A stretch of 45,241 bases of DNA from Nemertoderma westbladi (GCA_032718475.1 JAUCBJ010006784.1:1-45241); one strand, 5' to 3'. Positions 1 through 12,653 are shown, numbered from the stretch's first letter. Notes: a model not told the origin generated them from the sequence alone. A program made the numbers and translations.

Positions 1-51
1 ATACACATAGAGGTCACAAAAACCAATTGACCAAATATCTATTTGCACACA

Positions 52-210
52 ATGTGGTATTTTACATATTGGCACACACTGTAGGTCTAGGCCTACTCCA
101 TGTGGTATTTTACATATTGGCACACACTGTAGGTCTAGGCCTACTCCAAGTGGTATTTTACATATTGGTACACACTGTAGGTCTAGGCCTACTCCAAGTG
201 CCATTTTACA
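52..210. repeat. 48-bp tandem repeat, about 3.3 copies
   Basis: Unit atgtggtattttacatattggcacacactgtaggtctaggcctactcc is repeated; explains the periodic ORF 27..227. Confidence 0.9.
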
Positions 211-669
211 TTCACTTTACAGTATAAGTTACAATTCCTATAACATTCCAAACTGGCCACATAGTCATTATCCTAACAGCAGCTGACATCACCTGTCACT
301 ATCACACCTGTCGCTGTCACTGTCACGAGATACAATAGGCCTACCTGAGGTTATAAGTGTAATTTACAACACTAATCCACCGCACGGCGCCTATAAGCCA
401 ATTTATAGGTTAATATTATCATTAAGTAATAATATTAATTCAGTATCAAAAAGTATAACATCATAAGCCGCTCTTGTGTATTAACTTTATTTAAATTGTG
501 ATAATACAATAACAATTATTATTATTTTATACATCGAAATATATTTTACATTTATTTAGTAATGGCAACATTTAATTCAATATTCATTATTCATCTATTA
601 GTTGTTAACAATTAATGCACATATAGTATCATTTTTACATTAATCATGGGACTGGTAATAGAGGACAGG

Positions 670-1525
670 CGCCCTCTATCGTTACATGGGTACATTGGTT
701 CCACTGCGCCATCTATCGTTACATGGGTGCATTGGTTCCACTGAGCCCTCTATCGTTACATGGGTGCATTGGTTCCACTACGCCCTCTATCGTTACATGG
801 GAGCATTGGTTCCACTGCGCCATCTATCGTTATATGGGTGCATTGGTTCCACTGCGCCATCTATCGTTACATGGGTGCATTGGTTCCACTGCGCCATCTA
901 TCGTTACATGGGTGCATTGGTTCCACTGCGCCATCTATCGTTACATGGGGGTATTGGTTCCACTGAGCCCTCTATCGTTACATGGGGGTATTGGTTCCAC
1001 TGAGCCCTCTATCGTTACATGGGTGCATTGGTTCCACTGCGCCCTCTATCGTTACAAGGTTGCATTGGTTCCACTGAGCCCTCTATCGTTACATGGGGGT
1101 ATTGGTTCCACTGAGCCCTCTATCGTTACATGGGTGCATTGGTTCCACTGCGCCATCTATCGTTACATGGGTGCATTGGTTCCACTGCGCCCCCTATCGT
1201 TACATGGGTGCATTGGTTCCACTGCGCCCCCTATCGTTACATGGGTGCATTGGTTCCACTGCGCCCCCTATCGTTACATGGGTGTATTGGTTCCACTGAG
1301 CCCTCTATCGTTACATGGGGGTATTGGTTCCACTGAGCCCTCTATCGTTACATGGGTGCATTCGTTCCACTGAGCCCTCTATCGTTACATGGGTGCATTG
1401 GTTCCACTGAGCCTTCTATCGTTACATGGGTGCATTGGTTCCACTGCGCCCTCTATCGTTACATGGGGGTATTGGTTCCACTGCGCCCTCTATCGTTAAG
1501 TGGATGCATTGGTTCCACTGCGCGC
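670..1525. repeat. 37-bp minisatellite, about 23 copies
   Basis: Unit ctctatcgttacatgggtgcattggttccactgcgcc is repeated head-to-tail with no unique spacers. Confidence 0.95.
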
Positions 1526-1645
1526 CCATCCGAGTTACTTTCCAATCGTTTAATTCCTCGAAAACCTAAAATATAGAAAATACATTTCTAGAATCCTCCG
1601 AGAAGTCAATTTTTCCTTCAAATCAGAAAAGTGATAACTGCAAAG

Positions 1646-1762
1646 TGTCAAAGTGCCAACCGCGGTGGTATGAAGCCATTATTCTGTCAAGGTGCCAACC
1701 GCGGTGGTATGAAGCCATTATTCTGTCAAGGTGCCAACCGCGGTGGTATGAAGCCATTATTC
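1646..1762. repeat. 39-bp tandem repeat, 3 copies
   Basis: tgtcaaggtgccaaccgcggtggtatgaagccattattc at 1646, 1685 and 1724. Confidence 0.9.
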
Positions 1763-1899
1763 CTTAATGATTAAATCCGCATACGGCACCACACAATACA
1801 TTTTGTTGTAGAAATGTTTCTGTGCTAATGCTATTGGAGAACTTGTTCCACGGTTGGTATTCTTTCCTCATTACTGGTGGCTTTTAAGATTGCGTGATT

Positions 1900-1939
1900 T
1901 TATAATGACCCTTTGATCGTTCCCGGTTTTTGAGAAATC
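1900..1939 (-). CDS. Possible terminal coding exon of the GPCR (ISQKPGTIKGSL*)
   Basis: Strong minus-strand acceptor (T-run then acag) at 1940. It is phase-compatible with a GT donor at 3119. No homology support. Confidence 0.3.
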
Positions 1940-2367
1940 CTGTAAAAAAAACTGTCAAAATACCTAACTAATACTACTTTTTAATTCCCAAATGGATTTT
2001 TCTCTCAACACCTCGCCCATCATGCTGTCAAAAAAATATCTGAAATGACAACATTAGAACAACTTAGAGTAACATATGAGCTGGCGTGCGCCCTAATCCG
2101 ATGTAAGTCTCTCCCTCCTCTAAGGTTCGCAAAGGCAAACTATCTGTCAAGACAAGGCATGGGTGTCAAAATCAAAATTCTTCATGCTCGAATAATAAAT
2201 TCTGAGTCAATAGAAAAAAAGTAAGTTACATAGTAATTCTGAAATTTTAATTCCCAATTTAAGGCGAACAATGTATGAAGGTATGGTTTAGACAAAACAT
2301 TAATAATAATTTAACAACACTAATTTAAATATTCGTATAAAAAATAATAACAGTAAAATGTGATTAT

Positions 2368-2740
2368 AATATAGTAAAATATAATAATGAACGATATCGC
2401 CAAAGAAATAATTCTCCACTTCATTTCAAATCAAATTAATATTAAATTAAACAATAACAAATACATAATAAGACATACAGACATGAACCAACGTTTAAAC
2501 TCAAAATAGAGCCATCTTCAGGGTAAGTAAAACAACTGCCTATTCTAATACTGGATTAACGGTACAACAAATACAGGCCTAAGTAAATTATTACCTAAGT
2601 AAATTACAGGCCTAAGTTATCGTTTAATTTAATATTAATTTGATTTGAAATGAAGTGGAGAATTATTTCTTTGGCGATATCGTTCATTATTCTATTAAGA
2701 TTTCCCTCATCAAAAACTGTTTCCGAATAATATAGTAAAT
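2368..2740 (-). mobile_element. Probable Penelope-like element remnant: 76-bp inverted repeat enclosing a degenerate minimal hammerhead ribozyme
   Basis: Arms 2383-2458 and 2616-2691 (one mismatch). Minus strand 2486-2525 reads ccCTGAAGAtggctc-tatttt-gagtt-tAAACgttgg. Flanking direct repeat taatatagtaaa at about 2368 and 2727. Confidence 0.55.
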
Positions 2741-3119
2741 AGTAAAATGTTTTACGATTGTAAGTACACGGTGTGGATTATTATTATCCATTCATCAGAC
2801 AGACATGACTGTAAGAGAGTTGGCCTTATTCATAATAAAACTGAAAGTTTATGCTTATGCACTCCTTATACGTGCTAAAAGTATAGGTTAGAAATAAAAA
2901 ACAATTTTGTTATTTTCATAACAATAACACGGTAATGTTTTTGCATCCCAACCACTTAAAAATAACTACATTGAATGAAATATATACTGTATGTAAAGTT
3001 GCGGTTATTTTTTTGCATCCGAAAGTCACTATATTGTTATAAATATTTAACTATGCAGTTACATATATTACTACTACCAGATAAGTACACCAGTAATATA
3101 AATATAAGTGGTTACAAAC

Positions 3120-3288
3120 CGAAAGGTTAATCTCGAAGATAGAGTATATCTGTTGGATGTTGTCCCTCTAGCGGTGCTATGCGGACGGAATTTCATACAA
3201 AGACAGCAGGGAAATCTCGCGAATTCTTCTCTGAATTCCTTGTTCAGCCATCCGTATAGGAACGGGTTGCAACATGTTGAGAGCATCG
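3120..3288 (-). CDS. Class A neuropeptide-type GPCR, TM7/helix-8 exon
   Basis: AMLSTCCNPFLYGWLNKEFREEF (NPxxY motif, NPY/PrRP-receptor-like). Acceptor ttttcag at 3289 is in phase with the 8452 donor. The 3' boundary is uncertain; the frame could read on to the stop at 3074. Confidence 0.85.
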
Positions 3289-4789
3289 CTGAAAACAAAA
3301 CAACCGTTCGAGATAAACTATAGAGATTGTTACAATGTAGGGTAGGCCCTCCCGTTCCAAATCAATTTATTATTCTACCATTTCTACTGAGAGGTTGAGG
3401 TTATAAAGTTGAAGAGACAATCAAAACAAATAATAATTACGGGTGGTTGTCAAGTAATAGGAGGGATATTCATAATACAGTAAAGTATAAAATACAGATA
3501 CTAGAAAGTCTAGATTTTATTTTATGACTTCTTGTTCTTTATTTTGTAACTGCTACATCATTTTTATATGATAAATATTTTGAGATTTTTTTTGTTAATG
3601 ATGCCATACAATTTTTCATACAACTACATTACTACCGGTACTGTTTATCGGCCAGCTGCATTGAAACTGCACATAGAGATGCTATGCTGGCTTAACAAAT
3701 ATATTTTTGCCACCACCATACAATCCACAATTGGCATGTTGCAATGCAGCGTGCATTAAGAATGCTATACCGGCTTGAATACAATACTGAAAGACTCAGT
3801 CAGACATACAGTAATAGTTTTTGTAATAATAATTGGATTTCGTTGTACAGTACTACAGTATGTGTGATGTTACGTCTACAGTAATTCATTCATTAATTCT
3901 AAGTATTGCGTTACATTTTCGTCCACATGGTGCCATTATTTTTAATTATAACAGGATACAGCGCACAACCTCGGCGAAAATCGCACGATAATATGTTGCA
4001 AATGTTAGATTATGTTACCGTTGCACGTGATTATTATATAGCAAATAAGGAGTTATTGAAACGTAATGAAGTAACGGCTTCGGTGTTCTTCAAACAGGAA
4101 AGGCCGGAGGCAACCCAAAGGCTCCTCCGTATCAGTTGTTACCTATAAGACAGGGGGGAGCACACGTTATCTCCCATGGGTGAAGGGTAAACAGACGAAA
4201 TCCGGGGGGGGGGGGACGCAAATCACATCTCGGCACGTGGCACAGTTATTCTAACCAAAACAATAAACTAAAGTCAATAGAACAGGTTACGAGCTGATTT
4301 TTTTTGAGTGATCAGCTGTTATTTCCGTCGAATTTCCCCTGGAGAGGGATGAATTTTTATTGAGTCCATGTCCGCCTCTATCTATAACAACCCCTTCTTT
4401 AACTTCCACTGTGTGAAATACTGTAGTATGGTTGTTGCGTGAAAAAATTGTTGGGCTAGAAACAATTATAAATAAAGGGAAACTGGGTAACAAAGGTGCC
4501 CTGCATCGAGTGGCGAAGTGTGTTTTTTGTAAAATCACGAGGAAACGGTGTGTCATCTGAATGGCATCGTTGAAGAGCAGACCTGTTTTAAAATATTCCA
4601 GGACCGGTATGTCACTTATATTATTGTTATTGTTAAAACAGTTCTGCTCTGGGAATTACAATAAAACCTGTCTCTACTGGGCAGGAATCTGCCTAAGCTG
4701 CTAAGCGGAATATGCAGGGTGCTGGACACTTCGCCACACTGCCATTTCGACACAGGTCACTTCGACACAGGTCACTTCGATACAGGTCA

Positions 4790-5560
4790 CACAGAACAAG
4801 TGGATGCTCTACAGAGGAATGCATCCGTTTCTGTCTGTCTCTAGATAAACGCGCCCATATCGATGCCAACCACTTCGTCGCCATGAACTGGCTGCCAATT
4901 AAAGAGCGAACGATCCAAATTTATCTATCCCACATGTACAACACACCCCGAGTCCGCACAGCAATATCTCCGTGATCTGTATCGTTTGACGAGACTTCAG
5001 CGCACTTAAGAAGTGGCTCTGCACACGCGCAACAATACCACAAAAACTCACAGTCGCGGGCGCACTATCAATATCGTACGTTGGGCCGCAGTTATGGAAC
5101 AACTTGCCCGCGGAAATCCAACAATCCCCGACATCCGAGACTTTCAAAGAGTGAAAGCGCATTTACTTAAGGGCATTGTTGAAAACCATTTGAGCAATTT
5201 TACTTAACTTTGTTTTTATGCTACAACGCACGATTTTTATAACCGTATTTGTATTTTTTTTACCCTATTGTTTCATTCATTATTTATTCACCATTGTATT
5301 TTTACTATACCACCTCCTGCCTATAATTTAGTTATATTTACTTATATAGTATCTTCATTAAAGTACTGTACAGTTATTTTTACTCAATATTGTATTTATA
5401 CTGCAACACACGAACCTGATGCCCGCACGTCTTACTTCTATTTTTATCCTTGGGGTAGTTCACCCTTGTGTTTTTTTTACACGTCCTACTTATCTCCTGT
5501 ATATTGGGGACCCCCATGGAAACGAGACTCTGTCTCTTGGGGCTATCCCCGACATTAGAT
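4790..5560 (+). mobile_element. Degenerate 3' end of a CR1/L2-type LINE (ORF2 C-terminus and 3' UTR)
   Basis: Frameshifted peptides CIRFCL...NWLPIKER, HMYNT and SYVGPQLWNNLP are typical of LINE ORF2 C-termini. Preceded by 15-bp repeats (cacttcgacacaggt) at about 4725-4790. Confidence 0.6.
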
Positions 5561-6425
5561 ACACCACTATTATCTTATAAAATCACAACACATCAGTTCT
5601 GCCGTGATATGATCAGGACAGAATTACCCTTGCGAACACCATTATGAACCAGGACTGTAAAGTGACCGACTGCATCGTGACCGTACTGTATGTATATGTG
5701 TAGGTCTATAAATCGACAATTTTATTCACACTACGTATAATTTGATATTTTTAAATTTTATTTATGTCATACAGCCATACTATTTTCACATGTTCATTGT
5801 TTATAATGGTTATACGTGTATTTTGTATATGTTCTTATTGTTATTATTAGCTCTATTTTATTTTTTATATTTAATGTCAATTAAACAATTCCAATTCCTA
5901 CTATGTATGTACCACACTACAGCACTACTCCACTAGGCCTATATTCCAGGACATGGTGTACCGGTACTACTGTACTACAGTCACCCTATACTGCTATATA
6001 CCGGTACTGCTATATTTCTCGCTTTCAGTATAGTCAGTACAGCAGTAAATCAATCTATCAGTCTATTAGGTAAACAAATTGGGGCCCATACGAATTTTTT
6101 TCAATATAAAAATTCGGCAAGTCTGCTGGATATCCCGCCAGCGCTAAACCCCAACCTGGCTTGGGTGAAGAACTGAAGAATACCTAATTTAGTACGTACA
6201 GTACTGCAGTACAGCAGTACTGCAGTAGTAATCACGTTAATCTAAAACAGTAAGCTGGTAAGAACGGTAAGCACAGAAGCAAGAACGGTCAAACGGTAAG
6301 AAGTGCCATTCGCGACATTCCTATTACTGTATTAATAAATATTTTGTACTGTTGTATTAAATGTTAATTGATAGTAGGCTGACCGTAGGCTAATACTGCA
6401 GTAGGCTATTGTACTAGTAGGCTAC

Positions 6426-6760
6426 CAGAAACTATATAACTTTGGAGGTGTCTCATTGGTTCCCCCAAGCTTGACACTAGAACAAAATCGCCTCCGCTTT
6501 GCAGGACATTGCTTTCGCCGTGAGGACCAGCCAGTGCAAAATCTTGTACTTTGGCAGCCTCATGGAGTGAATAAGCATGGTGGACAGCCCATGACTTTCT
6601 TGAGACGTATCTTAAAGGACACTGGCCTTAAAGATGCGGATGATCTAGCAAATGTCATGGGTGATAGGGCAGTAGGGAGTTGTGGCGGTGTAATTTTGTT
6701 GACAAGCCGGCACAGCATTCTTAAAAACGCAGCTGCAATGCAGCATGCCGATCCTAGTAG
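6426..6760 (+). mobile_element. 5'-truncated RTE-type LINE copy 1
   Basis: RLRFAGHCFRREDQPV...LVLWQP, near-identical to the copies at about 10160 and 12657. (TAG)n tail; flanking duplication tagtaggctac at 6415 and 6758. Confidence 0.8.
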
Positions 6761-6873
6761 TAGGCTACTCCTACTGTATTAGTCCATTCTGCCATTACAG
6801 CATTAGGCCGACCTATTGCTGGTTTCCTATGTCTAGGCCTATGCTGCCAGTAAGGTGATCTGGTAATCGGAAG

Positions 6874-7404
6874 ATGAGTTTAAATATACCAGGTGTGACT
6901 CTGGATGAGAATGAACGAATGTTACTGGAAACCTTGCCTCTATCTTTTCTCAAGGACGTCGAGCATCTGTATGTAGAGGCCACCAAAGAAGGCGCTGTAG
7001 ACAGGGATCTGGCATTCCAATACGGGATTTCTTTGTCCAAAAGTGAATACAAAGAAGACCACGTTAGAGGTCTACAAATACTCGACAAGTTATTTAAACA
7101 ATCTAGGAGCGAGAGTCAGAAATATCGTAGTCTTGGATTCGAGAGGGATTGTCTTTATTACATGGCCTTTTGTCATGTTCGTTTAAAACAATACGAGAAG
7201 GCGAACCATGTTGCTTTAATGGCGGATAAAATGCAGCCAAATAACCCTCAGACCAAGCAACTCATTGTTATTATCAATAAACTCTTGAAAAAGGACGGGT
7301 TATTGGGCATGGCCACCTTTGGTGGTGGTCTAGCCTTGTTGGGTATTGGAGGAATAGTTGCCGCTGGTGCAGTTATTCTGTTAACGAAACGTCGGTCTCG
7401 GTAG
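6874..7404 (+). CDS. FIS1: Mitochondrial fission 1 protein (TPR-like domain, C-terminal tail anchor), intronless, nested antisense in a GPCR intron
   Basis: 176-aa ORF with FQYGISL.KS, RDCLYYMA, RLKQYEKA, QPNNPQ and KKDGLLGMA followed by a Gly-rich TM segment and basic tail KRRSR. Confidence 0.92.
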   Translation: MSLNIPGVTLDENERMLLETLPLSFLKDVEHLYVEATKEGAVDRDLAFQYGISLSKSEYKEDHVRGLQILDKLFKQSRSESQKYRSLGFERDCLYYMAFCHVRLKQYEKANHVALMADKMQPNNPQTKQLIVIINKLLKKDGLLGMATFGGGLALLGIGGIVAAGAVILLTKRRSR

Positions 7405-7745
7405 GCCTCTCCTCTAGGTAGTGCGGGAGAGTCTATCGGTAGGCCTCTAGGTAGTGCGGGAGATGCTATCGATTCTATCGGTAGGCCTCTAGGTAGTGCG
7501 GGAGAGTCTATTGGTAGGCCTCTAGGTAGTGCGGGAGAGTCTATCGGTAGGCCTCTAGGTAGTGCGGGAGAGTCTATCGGTGGGCCTCTAGGTAGTGCGG
7601 GAGAGTCTATTGGTAGGCCTCTAGGTAGTGCGGGAGAGTCTATCGGTGGGCCTCTAGTTAGTGCGGGAGAGTCTATCGGTAGGCCTCTAGATAGTGCGGG
7701 AGAGTCTATCAGTAGGTCTCTAGGTAGTGCGGGAGAGTCTATCAG
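7398..7745. repeat. 33-bp minisatellite, about 10 copies, starting at the FIS1 stop codon
   Basis: Unit tcggtaggcctctaggtagtgcgggagagtcta. Confidence 0.9.
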
Positions 7746-8451
7746 CTATCTATATTTAGTATAACACTCAATCGCTCAAGTGGTCTTCGTTATGGTGCAT
7801 ATACCCTGCATATCTGCCTAGTGTATGTATATTTATACTCTATATAATTATTTTTATATTGAAGTGAAGAGTTTCAGTTGTTATGGAATTATAACATGAT
7901 TAAACTTTGTCACTTAGAATTTACCTGATGTACTTTATTATTATTAGTTAAATATTATTTCTAAATATAATACAATAAAATGTGAATAAATGATAACCTA
8001 ATACCAAATATGATAATATATTTGTTAATATTATTGTAATATTGTAGATAATATTGCTCACGTCACGACGCAATATCCATCCCTCCCCATGGGAAAATCC
8101 GCGAAAATAACAGATGATTACTCTCAAAAATAAAACTGTAACCAGTTGTATTGACTTTAATTAGTTTATTGTTTTGATTATAATAACTTGCCACTGTAAC
8201 CTGCTCCTTCTTTCCCTTCCTGTTTTCCTTCTTGATTTCTTCCTGTCTCGTGTGGGACAAATCATTCCGAATTGCCTTGGCTATGTAATTAACAGAGTAA
8301 CCATCGCTATAACCTCCACACACTCCAATAAACTTTTCCGACCCTGTGCATGCAATTTATCTCTTCGTTTTTTGGCCGAGATTTCTTGAGGTTCAGTAGT
8401 AAAAAATCAATTAGTAACACGAAAAATTTGTAAAAAATAAAAAAAACTTAC

Positions 8452-8972
8452 CAATTATAAATAGAATGGTTTGGCATACTGGATCCACGATGTAGAAGAC
8501 CTGGCCTATTTGGAACGGTAGCCAGAACACGACAAACAGCACCACGATCATAAACAACATGAGGACTGCTCGGGATCGCTTCTGCTCCTCGTTCTCTCTA
8601 ATTCTCTCGGTAACCTCGCCCGGTTGAACGTACCGCCACAGTTTGATGAATATCATCCCGTAACAGACAGCTATTATTGCTGTGGGTAATGCGAATGTAA
8701 CAAATAGCAAGACCATGGTGTAGGTGTATTGCTTTGAAGAGTTTGTGGTGGGATCACCACCATAGTTCTCTGTACACCGTATCAGCTCCATCATCCCATA
8801 CATTCCCTGTTCCTTAAGACGATCAAGAGCTTTTTCTCTATTATGGTCTGAATAATTGGCAAATATTTGGCGAAATACTTGGTTTGGCGTATAAGTCTGT
8901 CCGTAAATGGCCATGGGGAGAGCAAGAACTCCCGACAATATCCACAGAAGGATTGCTACTCCGAAAGCCTCT
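8452..8972 (-). CDS. GPCR exon TM4-ECL2-TM5-TM6
   Basis: EAFGVAILLWILSGVLALP...YTMVLLFVTFALPTAIIAVCYGMIFIKLW...LFVVFWLPFQ. Acceptor tttcag (8973) and donor gtaag (8451) are phase-consistent with both neighbouring exons. Confidence 0.9.
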
Positions 8973-8996
8973 CTGAAACAAAATCATATTGTTGGT

Positions 8997-9495
8997 AAAC
9001 CAGAACACGTTAACAATGCTGAAACAGTTTGACAAGAACACGTTAACAATGCTGAGACAGTTTGACCAGAACACGTTAACAATGCCGAGACAGTTTGAAC
9101 AGAACAAGTTAACAATGCCAAGACAGTTTGACCAGAACGAGAACATGTTAACAATGCTGAAACAGTTTGGCCAGAACACTAACAATGCTGAGACAGTTTT
9201 ACCAGAACACGTTAACAATGTCGAGACAGTTTGACAACTGCACTTTAACAATGCCGAGACAGTTTGACCAGAACACGTTAACAATGCTGAGACAGTTTGA
9301 CCAGAACACGTTAACAATGCTAAGACAGTTTGGCAAGAACACTTTAACAATGCCGAGACAGTTTGACCAGAACACGATAACAGTGCTGAGACATTTTGAC
9401 AAAAACACTAACAATGCCGAGACAGTTTGACAAGAACAAATAACACGTTAACAATGATGAGACAGTTTGACAAGAACACGTTAACAATGCCGAGT
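8997..9495. repeat. 33-bp intronic minisatellite, about 15 copies
   Basis: Unit ccagaacacgttaacaatgctgagacagtttga with small indels; ends about 25 bp from the GPCR splice acceptor. Confidence 0.9.
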
Positions 9496-9544
9496 CTTAC
9501 ACCCCACAAACTAACAAAAAACATAGATATTTTATATATATACA

Positions 9545-10482
9545 ATAGCCCCCTGTTAGTCAGTACGTCGACCTTTAATTATCATTTCATGATGGCGATG
9601 GGGTGATGGTAACTCCACCTACTGGCTCCAGAAGTCGAGGAAATCGCAAGTACCTAACTGATCTAGACTTTGCTGATGACTAGGAGTACTCTCAGAATCA
9701 CTAGAGGGAGCCCAACGGCTCCTCAGCTCATTAGAACAGGCTGCTTCTAGTGTTGGTGTTTTTATTAACTCCAAAAAGACCAAAAGTTTTGACAGTTAAC
9801 TTTGAAAGAACTCGGCAAGTCTCTGACCGGATGAGCATAAGCTCAAAGGATGGTATGCTTGAGCATGTGGACGAGATCTGTTACCTGGGATCATGGATCC
9901 GTAAGTCAGGTGAGGACCTTCGAATACGTAAGGGAAAGGCATGGGTAGCCCTGAATAGGCTTTCCAGGATTTGGAAGTCACAGAGATAATCGGAAACTTA
10001 AGGTCCGATTATTCAGAGCCAGCAGTAGTTCCAGTACTCCGCTATGGGAGTCCATGTTGGGCTCTAACTGCTGAGGACACCAAATCTCTGGATGGCACAT
10101 TCACAAGAATGCTACGCCGGGTTCATTGTCTCAAGAATAATACACACATCTCCAACCAGACACTATATACTATTGGAGGTGTCTCATTGGTTCCCCCAAG
10201 CTTGACACTAGAACAAAGTCGCCTCCGCTTTGCAGGACATTGCTTTCGCCGTGAGGACCAGCCAGTGCATAATCTTGTACTTTGGCAGCCTCATGGAGTG
10301 AATAAGCATGGTGGACAGCCCATGACTTTCTTGAGACGCATCTTAAAGGACACTGGCCTTGAAAATGCGGATGATCTAGCAAATGTCATGGGTGATAGGG
10401 AGTTGTGGCGTGCAATTTTGTTGACAAGCCGGCACAGCATTCTTAAAAATGCAGCTGCAATGCAGCATGCCGATCCTAGTTT
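9545..10482 (+). mobile_element. 5'-truncated RTE-type LINE copy 2 (RT C-terminal part)
   Basis: YLTDLDFADD, YLGSWI, RIRKGKAW..LNRLSRIWKS, LDGTFTRMLR and RLRFAGHC, interrupted by stops and frameshifts. Confidence 0.85.
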
Positions 10483-10609
10483 AGGCCTAGTAGTTATCTG
10501 TATGACAGGGGTGGCGACAACATTAATGTGTCGTCCATAGGGCCACAACAGTTAACATCTGTGTCGTCCATAGGTGTAACCACTCCTACACCGCCGTGTG
10601 TTGACTCAC

Positions 10610-10779
10610 CTGATTTTCAGTCTGCGTTGTAACGGAGGTCTCAGAATAAGACGTGCTCGATCCACGGCAATAACCGTAAGCGTTGCTATGCTAACGTAGG
10701 TAGCTGTGGCCTGAATGAACAGCATAAATGTACACAAGGTGTCTCCGAAACACCAGTCCTGTAGAACCATGTTAATTCC
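10610..10779 (-). CDS. GPCR exon ECL1-TM3-ICL2
   Basis: WCFGDTLC...VSIATLTVIAVDRARLI (DRY motif as DRA). Acceptor ttccag and donor gtgagt. Exons for TM1-TM2 were not identified. Confidence 0.88.
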
Positions 10780-12653
10780 CTGGAACAAATAAAATATAAC
10801 TGAACACATTAAGAATCGAATCGCTCAAAAAGTCTATAAAACTTTACGGAATGACGTTTCTTGTCAATGGGATTGGGCGTGAAAAAATATATTTATATAT
10901 TACGTATATACCTCACTCAGCAATAACGAGGGACTCTACGAGGTGGTCCACGGTCCCTAACCACCCCCCGATACTCATTGTGCTTTTTATATTTAGTAGT
11001 TTAGATTAGTTATTTTATACACAATATGTAGTCCTAAGTTACTTTTATATAACTATAGTCTTACATATATTATTTACTTATTAAGAAAAAAATAAAATAA
11101 ATACATAAAAAATAAACTATTTGTAGTAAATAATAAAATATATATGTAGTCTATTTTGTTTTGCAAATTAACTAGGTCTGTGCAATATAGATAGGTCTTG
11201 GCTAATTTCTAGTCCAGCTGATAAGAGAGTCGGGGATTAGCGTATACTGGTCTCAGGCTTTCCAAACGCACCCATATTTTTTGTAAAATTGATTAATTTT
11301 CTTCCACCTAATTGGCACTTCCCTTTTTGCGACTGACAAACGTCAATAATTTTTCTAATAAATATATATAATTATAGATACGCCCACTATCGGGGCAAAC
11401 GGTAAAATGTAAAATTGCACTCATTATAAAATTAATTAAAATATATATAAAAACTATTTACGTGTGGCGTGGGGGGGGGGGGAGTTACAGTGCCGTGGAT
11501 AGAGAGGAGTTACAGAGACGCAAGGGCTGGTAGTGTGGGGCTCTGTGTGCCGTGGGTAGGCGGGGAGGGGGGGGGGGGGGGTTACAGAGTCGCAAGGACC
11601 GGTAGTGTGGGGCTCTGTGGGCACATGAGAGCGTGGTAGCGGTTTTCGCAGGAGTCGCCACAGAATCTCCACTCACAGCTTGCAGCAAGTTCGTGAAACG
11701 GTTGAGAGTTACTGCAGAGTTTGTGGTGGAACCCGTGGGAGGTGCACCGGGTTAGTATGTGCCGGTTTCGCTGCCCTGGACGTCTCCAGGTGCGGTTGGT
11801 GAACGCGGGACCAAGGGAGTATCTTTCCTCTGTATAGTTTGTTTCGCGTTCACCGCGGAAGTTCTGATAGGCAGTTAAAACGTCGGTATTGAATACGGTT
11901 GGAGATTTCGAAATTATATCATTGATGAATGTATCCGACGAATGTATTCTAATAAATATAGGTTGTAGTTAAATATTTAAAATAATGGTATCATTTAGTT
12001 TATTTGGTTTGGATAGGGCGTAGGTTAAATATATAAGAGGTAGTTTATAGGTGTGAGAGTGTATTTGGAGAGGTGGTGGGGTGGTGTTGTTGGGGCCAGG
12101 CCCTGACGAGTTCACGATTATACATTTGAACATTTTTCGTATAGTCCTGGAAATACTATCTGATACCTTGTATGTCCGCAATTTACCTCCTCATGGCCTC
12201 CCATCTGTCATACCATCATCTGCTGCCACTGTGCTCAACTCTACAGTACTTGGCCGTCTTTAACCACTCGCTACAATGAAATGGTAGTGTATATTAACCA
12301 TGAACCATCACGGCCACAATGATTAATCATACACTCTAGCTACTAATTTAGGCAGGACAGTTTACACCAATGGAGAGTAAGACTCTCAACTCGGAGGTCA
12401 CTAGTTCGATCCCACCTGGACGTTATTGCCGACTTTGCAAAGCTGTGCCCAACAAAAGTTATTATAATTATTTTTATTAGTGTCAGGATTGTTTTGGAAT
12501 AAGTTGACCTGTAACCTAGATAATAAGATTATTATATTTTATTACAATGTTTCATCAATTAAAATATGGTTATTATCAATCTAAAAATAATTAAATTCAG
12601 GATCAACTGTCTTACATGTTGCTAACGTCAGACAATAATTTTCCAACCAATCA

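Noticed and set aside
670-1525. CRISPR-like array or repetitive protein ORFs
   Set aside because: The 37-bp units are contiguous with no unique spacers and there are no cas genes; the ORFs are artefacts of the minisatellite.
8841-9430. Repetitive ORFs on both strands
   Set aside because: They are translations of the 33-bp intronic minisatellite.
12360-12425. tRNA gene (B-box GTTCGATCC)
   Set aside because: No complete cloverleaf can be drawn; at most a degenerate tRNA-derived SINE head.
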